Below, piece after piece: positions 52,512 through 55,520 of a stretch of DNA of 55,520 nucleotides (position 1 is its first letter; each line of letters starts with the position of its first letter). The notes under the pieces were generated by a model. The model had not been told where the DNA came from and did no database searches. It saw only the letters and a program-made list of their open reading frames with translations. Position numbers and translations under genes: made by a program. Source of the stretch: Candidatus Aenigmatarchaeota archaeon. Its GTDB lineage: Archaea; Aenigmatarchaeota; Aenigmatarchaeia; CG10238-14; SpSt-28. The DNA lies in the NCBI GenBank assembly GCA_039000985.1, contig JAWBMD010000005.1:1-55520 (forward strand), read 5' to 3'.

Positions 52512-54136
52512 ATATCAGCAATTCCATATGGAATAGCAAAAGCAAGCATTTTTCTATTTATATTAATATTCTTTCCCAAAATTGATTTTATATAATCTTC
52601 TATTTCACTAATTTTTTTATTTCCAGGATAAATGTAAAAAACATGTTTAAAATTTTGTTTAACTAATCTTTCATGAGAAGCAAAAACTTTTCCACTTTCA
52701 ATATCAATTCCCAAGCACAATTCTAACTTAACTCCTTTTACAAACTTTTTTTCACCAATAATACCAAATGTACCAACAGGCATCCAATTTTCTTTCACAA
52801 GCTGTTCTGGTTTTACATAAAAGATATCGCAATAATCAAACTTTAATAACCATGCTTTTGAATAGCAAGCAGTTATTAAAGCAGCTTCCTCTATGGTTGT
52901 TTTCGGTACTTCTTTTCCATTAGTTTTTATTATAGTTATTGGAGATCCTTTTATATTTGCTTTCATTACAATATCATTTCTTTCACAAAACTTTTTGATT
53001 AGTAATTCATTTTTATAAGAATTTGTTCCAATAACTACCAAAAAGCCATCTGAGCTAATAAAATATCTAAATTGCTTATACCAAACTTTTTCTTCTTTTT
53101 CTTCGCTAACAATTCTTCTTTTTAATTCAGCTAACATATTTTTATAAAATTCAATGTTTCCATCCACATCTTTATTTAAAAATAACTTTATCCTATTTTC
53201 ACCAAACTTTAAGAAAAAATAATCTTTATCTTTTTCCAATTCAACACCTTCTTCACTTTTATAAGAATAAACATTTTTTATTATTTCATCAATAATCTCT
53301 TTGTTTTCTTCTAAAATTTTTATTATTTCTTCAACATCTTTTATTTGCTGTTCAATTACATCTTTTTTTATGGAAACTTCTCTTTCTTTTACTTTTTCCT
53401 TCTTTTTTGCTGTTATTATTTCAAAAGCTTTTTTAATTGTTTCATTTAAGCTATCATATTCATAGCATATTTCATCTTCTCTTTCATAATTTATTGAAAA
53501 TGAAACACTATTATCTTTTATAACTAAGTAAAATTTTTTTGGCTCAAGCAAATTTTTCAATTCATTTTTTATTAAATTGATTTCATAATTGCTAAGTGTG
53601 CTTGTATTAATATTTTCACTAATTTTGCAACTTTTCAAAATTTCTTTTGAATAAAATTCTCCAAGAAAAAAATCTTTACTTAAAAATTCTAAAATATTTT
53701 TATTAGCTTTTTTAATTTCTCCAAATATTTTTTCTATGTTATTAGTTCTTTCTTCATAAATAGCTTTATATTTTTTCAAATGAGCAACATCCTTATTGTT
53801 TTCATCTAAAATGATTATGTTTCCCTTTCCAAAAAATTTTATTATTATTTTCAAAACATCTAAGTTAATTCTAACTATTCTATCAAAATCTATTTGTTCT
53901 ATGCTTTCTATAATTTTATTATTAATTAACCTTGAAACTAAAATAGAAAATTTAGATCTTTTTTGTGTTATTTGTTTTTCATCATAAAAAAAGAAATATG
54001 GCAAAAAAATATTTAGAAAACCATCTTCAAGTTTTATTGAAAATAACTTTTTATATCCAAAAAAATCTATAATTTTTTTCCCATTTACAAATTCTTTTAT
54101 TTCATTTAAAAGAGCTTTTATTTCAACGCTTCTCAT
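52493..54136 (-). CDS. NFACT-family protein (archaeal Rqc2/NEMF/FbpA homolog)
   Basis: It has an N-terminal NFACT-N-like region, a central coiled coil, and a DUF814-like FRYFISSDGFLVVIGTNSYKNELLIKKFCERNDIVMKANIKGSPITIIK. Confidence 0.7.
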   Translation of the reverse strand: MRSVEIKALLNEIKEFVNGKKIIDFFGYKKLFSIKLEDGFLNIFLPYFFFYDEKQITQKRSKFSILVSRLINNKIIESIEQIDFDRIVRINLDVLKIIIKFFGKGNIIILDENNKDVAHLKKYKAIYEERTNNIEKIFGEIKKANKNILEFLSKDFFLGEFYSKEILKSCKISENINTSTLSNYEINLIKNELKNLLEPKKFYLVIKDNSVSFSINYEREDEICYEYDSLNETIKKAFEIITAKKKEKVKEREVSIKKDVIEQQIKDVEEIIKILEENKEIIDEIIKNVYSYKSEEGVELEKDKDYFFLKFGENRIKLFLNKDVDGNIEFYKNMLAELKRRIVSEEKEEKVWYKQFRYFISSDGFLVVIGTNSYKNELLIKKFCERNDIVMKANIKGSPITIIKTNGKEVPKTTIEEAALITACYSKAWLLKFDYCDIFYVKPEQLVKENWMPVGTFGIIGEKKFVKGVKLELCLGIDIESGKVFASHERLVKQNFKHVFYIYPGNKKISEIEDYIKSILGKNININRKMLAFAIPYGIADIYKIIE

Positions 54137-54650
54137 ATTTCACAATTTCTTTTTTTATTTCTTCCAAATCCTTTCCAAAATATTTTTCAACTTCGCTTGT
54201 TATTTTTATTAATCTTGTTCTACCTTTTTTCTCTCTTCTTATAAATCCTTTTCTTTCTAAATGTTCTAAATATGAATATGCTTTGTTTCCTTGGATTTTA
54301 ACTATTTCCGATTGTAAGCAATTTTCTTTTAATATTATTAAAGCAAGTGTTTTGAGCATTCCATTACTTAGTTCTTTTATTGGAGCTATTTCTCTAACTA
54401 AATCCAAATATTCTGGTTTAACTCTAAATTCATAGCCAGAAGGAGTTTCTACAATGAAAATGCCATGATTTTCATCTTTATATTTTTCGATTAATTCATC
54501 AATTATTTTTTTAACAGCTTTTCTATCAGAGATTTTTAAAAGTTTTGCTAATGTTTCCAAGCTTAATGGCTTGTCTGAAACAAATAATGCTGCCTCTATT
54601 AAAGATTTTTGATTCATAAATATATTATTTATGAGAGACATTTTAATCAC
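54123..54650 (-). CDS. scpB: Segregation and condensation protein B
   Basis: LIEAALFVSDKPLSLETLAKLL plus two wHTH-like halves. The real start is probably MNQKSL at 54617. Confidence 0.75.
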   Translation of the reverse strand: MIKMSLINNIFMNQKSLIEAALFVSDKPLSLETLAKLLKISDRKAVKKIIDELIEKYKDENHGIFIVETPSGYEFRVKPEYLDLVREIAPIKELSNGMLKTLALIILKENCLQSEIVKIQGNKAYSYLEHLERKGFIRREKKGRTRLIKITSEVEKYFGKDLEEIKKEIVKYEKR

Positions 54651-55155
54651 AAAAAATGTTGTTTATGGAAGTGAAAGAAAAACTAAAGATATGGAAAAGT
54701 TTATACTTAGAAAATTTAGGAATAGATATATTTTTAATAAAAGGATAATTCAAGAAAGGATAAAAATAGTTTCTAAGTTCATTTCAAATAAAAAAATACT
54801 TTTATATACAAGGAATAAAAATTTTGAGGAAATTGTTAAAAATTTTGCAGAAGCATTAAAAATTAAAAATTATGTGGGGAGGTTTTTACCAGGAACTTTT
54901 ACTAATCCTCAAATTGATGATTATTATGAAGCAGATGCTGTTTTTGTTTTAAATCCAAAAACAGATAAAAGGGCAATAAAGGAAGCAACAATAGCAAATA
55001 TTCCTGTTATAGCTATTTGTAATTCCGATGATGTTACAAGTAATATAGATATAGTAATACCAGCAAATAACAAAAGCAAAGCTTCAATTTCTGTTATTTT
55101 CAATTTATTGCTTAAAAATATTTCTCCATCAATAGAGATTTCTGAGCTTAAATGA
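54631..55155 (+). CDS. rps2: 30S ribosomal protein uS2
   Basis: VYGSERKTKDMEKFI...VGRFLPGTFTNP...DAVFVLNPKTDKRAIKEATIANIPVIAICNSD...VIPANNKSK. Confidence 0.85.
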   Translation: MRDILITKNVVYGSERKTKDMEKFILRKFRNRYIFNKRIIQERIKIVSKFISNKKILLYTRNKNFEEIVKNFAEALKIKNYVGRFLPGTFTNPQIDDYYEADAVFVLNPKTDKRAIKEATIANIPVIAICNSDDVTSNIDIVIPANNKSKASISVIFNLLLKNISPSIEISELK

Positions 55156-55157
55156 AT

Positions 55158-55233
55158 GGGAAGGTCGTCTAGCTTGGTCTAGGACGTCGGCTTGGGGTGC
55201 CGAAAATCCTGGGTTCAAATCCCAGCCTTCCCA
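55158..55233 (+). tRNA. tRNA-Pro(GGG)
   Basis: The acceptor stem is GGGAAGG/CCUUCCC. The anticodon arm is UCGGC-UUGGGGU-GCCGA, giving anticodon GGG with G37. The T arm is CUGGG-UUCAAAU-CCCAG. No CCA is encoded. Confidence 0.9.
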
Positions 55234-55261
55234 CAGCTTTTTTATTTTTAATTAAATTTGA

Positions 55262-55520
55262 TTATATTTCCAGTTTTTCCAATCTTTTTAATGATTCCAA
55301 TTTTTCTTTATTACCAATTTCACTTGCCTTTATACATTCTTTTAAAATCATAATGCTTTCATCATAAGTTTTTCTATCTATTGGATAAGGAATTTTATCT
55401 TTTCCACCATGTGCAAATGTGTATTTAACTGGATCAACCCAACTTGCTTCCTTTCCATAAATTATTTTAGCAATTAATGCTAAAGCTCTTACAGTTTTTG
55501 GTCCAACACCTTTAAAGGCT
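55262..55520 (-). CDS. DUF763-family protein, C-terminal part (5' end beyond window)
   Basis: The minus strand reads ...KGVGPKTVRALALIAKIIYGKEASWVDPVKYTFAHGGKDKIPYPIDRKTYDESI...LEKLEI-stop. Not in the track because it is partial. Confidence 0.6.
   Translation of the reverse strand, partial: AFKGVGPKTVRALALIAKIIYGKEASWVDPVKYTFAHGGKDKIPYPIDRKTYDESIMILKECIKASEIGNKEKLESLKRLEKLEI

Noticed and set aside
1-55520. CRISPR arrays, rRNA genes, transposases/integrases, reverse transcriptase (DGR) linked to the LamG genes
   Set aside because: I looked for regularly spaced direct repeats, IS-type ORFs and YxDD-type RT motifs in the ORF set and found none.

Overview
This is a very AT-rich, tightly packed archaeal chromosome segment. 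Archaeal identity rests on TBP, an archaeal histone, an Sm/LSm protein, RPA, uS2, an SRP RNA and an intron-containing tRNA. Placement in a small-genome DPANN-type archaeon is inference only.

Layout:
- 1-2910: 5' part of a giant surface-protein gene that the ORF track misses.
- 2985-19515: a ~16.5 kb glycan-biosynthesis island. It holds 6 glycosyltransferases, 4 intact methyltransferases plus one decayed copy, 3 SDR sugar-nucleotide enzymes and a cupin. It also holds two AAA+/PD-(D/E)xK ATPase genes, one of them decayed.
- 19551-23495: a guaB-metallophosphoesterase-HerA-like operon with a convergently overlapping gene.
- 23949-32665: a GT-C glycosyltransferase, a split orphan FlaJ/TadBC-like pair and housekeeping genes (pcm, histone, RPA, SRP RNA, TBP, DUF211).
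- 32751-40266: a tightly coupled PrkA - PrkA paralog - DUF444(vWA) - SpoVR operon with extra flanking genes.
- 40293-43721: FKBP and PPP phosphatase genes, then a small HExxH membrane protein and a PflX-type radical SAM enzyme.
- 43811-51923: a compositionally deviant cell-envelope locus. It has a LamG/DUF2341 giant protein, four tandem paralogs of an unrecognised polytopic membrane protein family, and a secreted, membrane-anchored protein.
- 52135-55520: housekeeping genes (tRNA-Ser with intron, Sm, NFACT, ScpB, uS2, tRNA-Pro, DUF763).

The best candidates for an under-described system are the PrkA/DUF444/SpoVR module, the LamG plus four-paralog membrane array, and the HerA-like/phosphoesterase pair. 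I saw no CRISPR array, rRNA, transposase, integrase or reverse transcriptase. All family calls come from motif recognition by eye and need profile-HMM confirmation.
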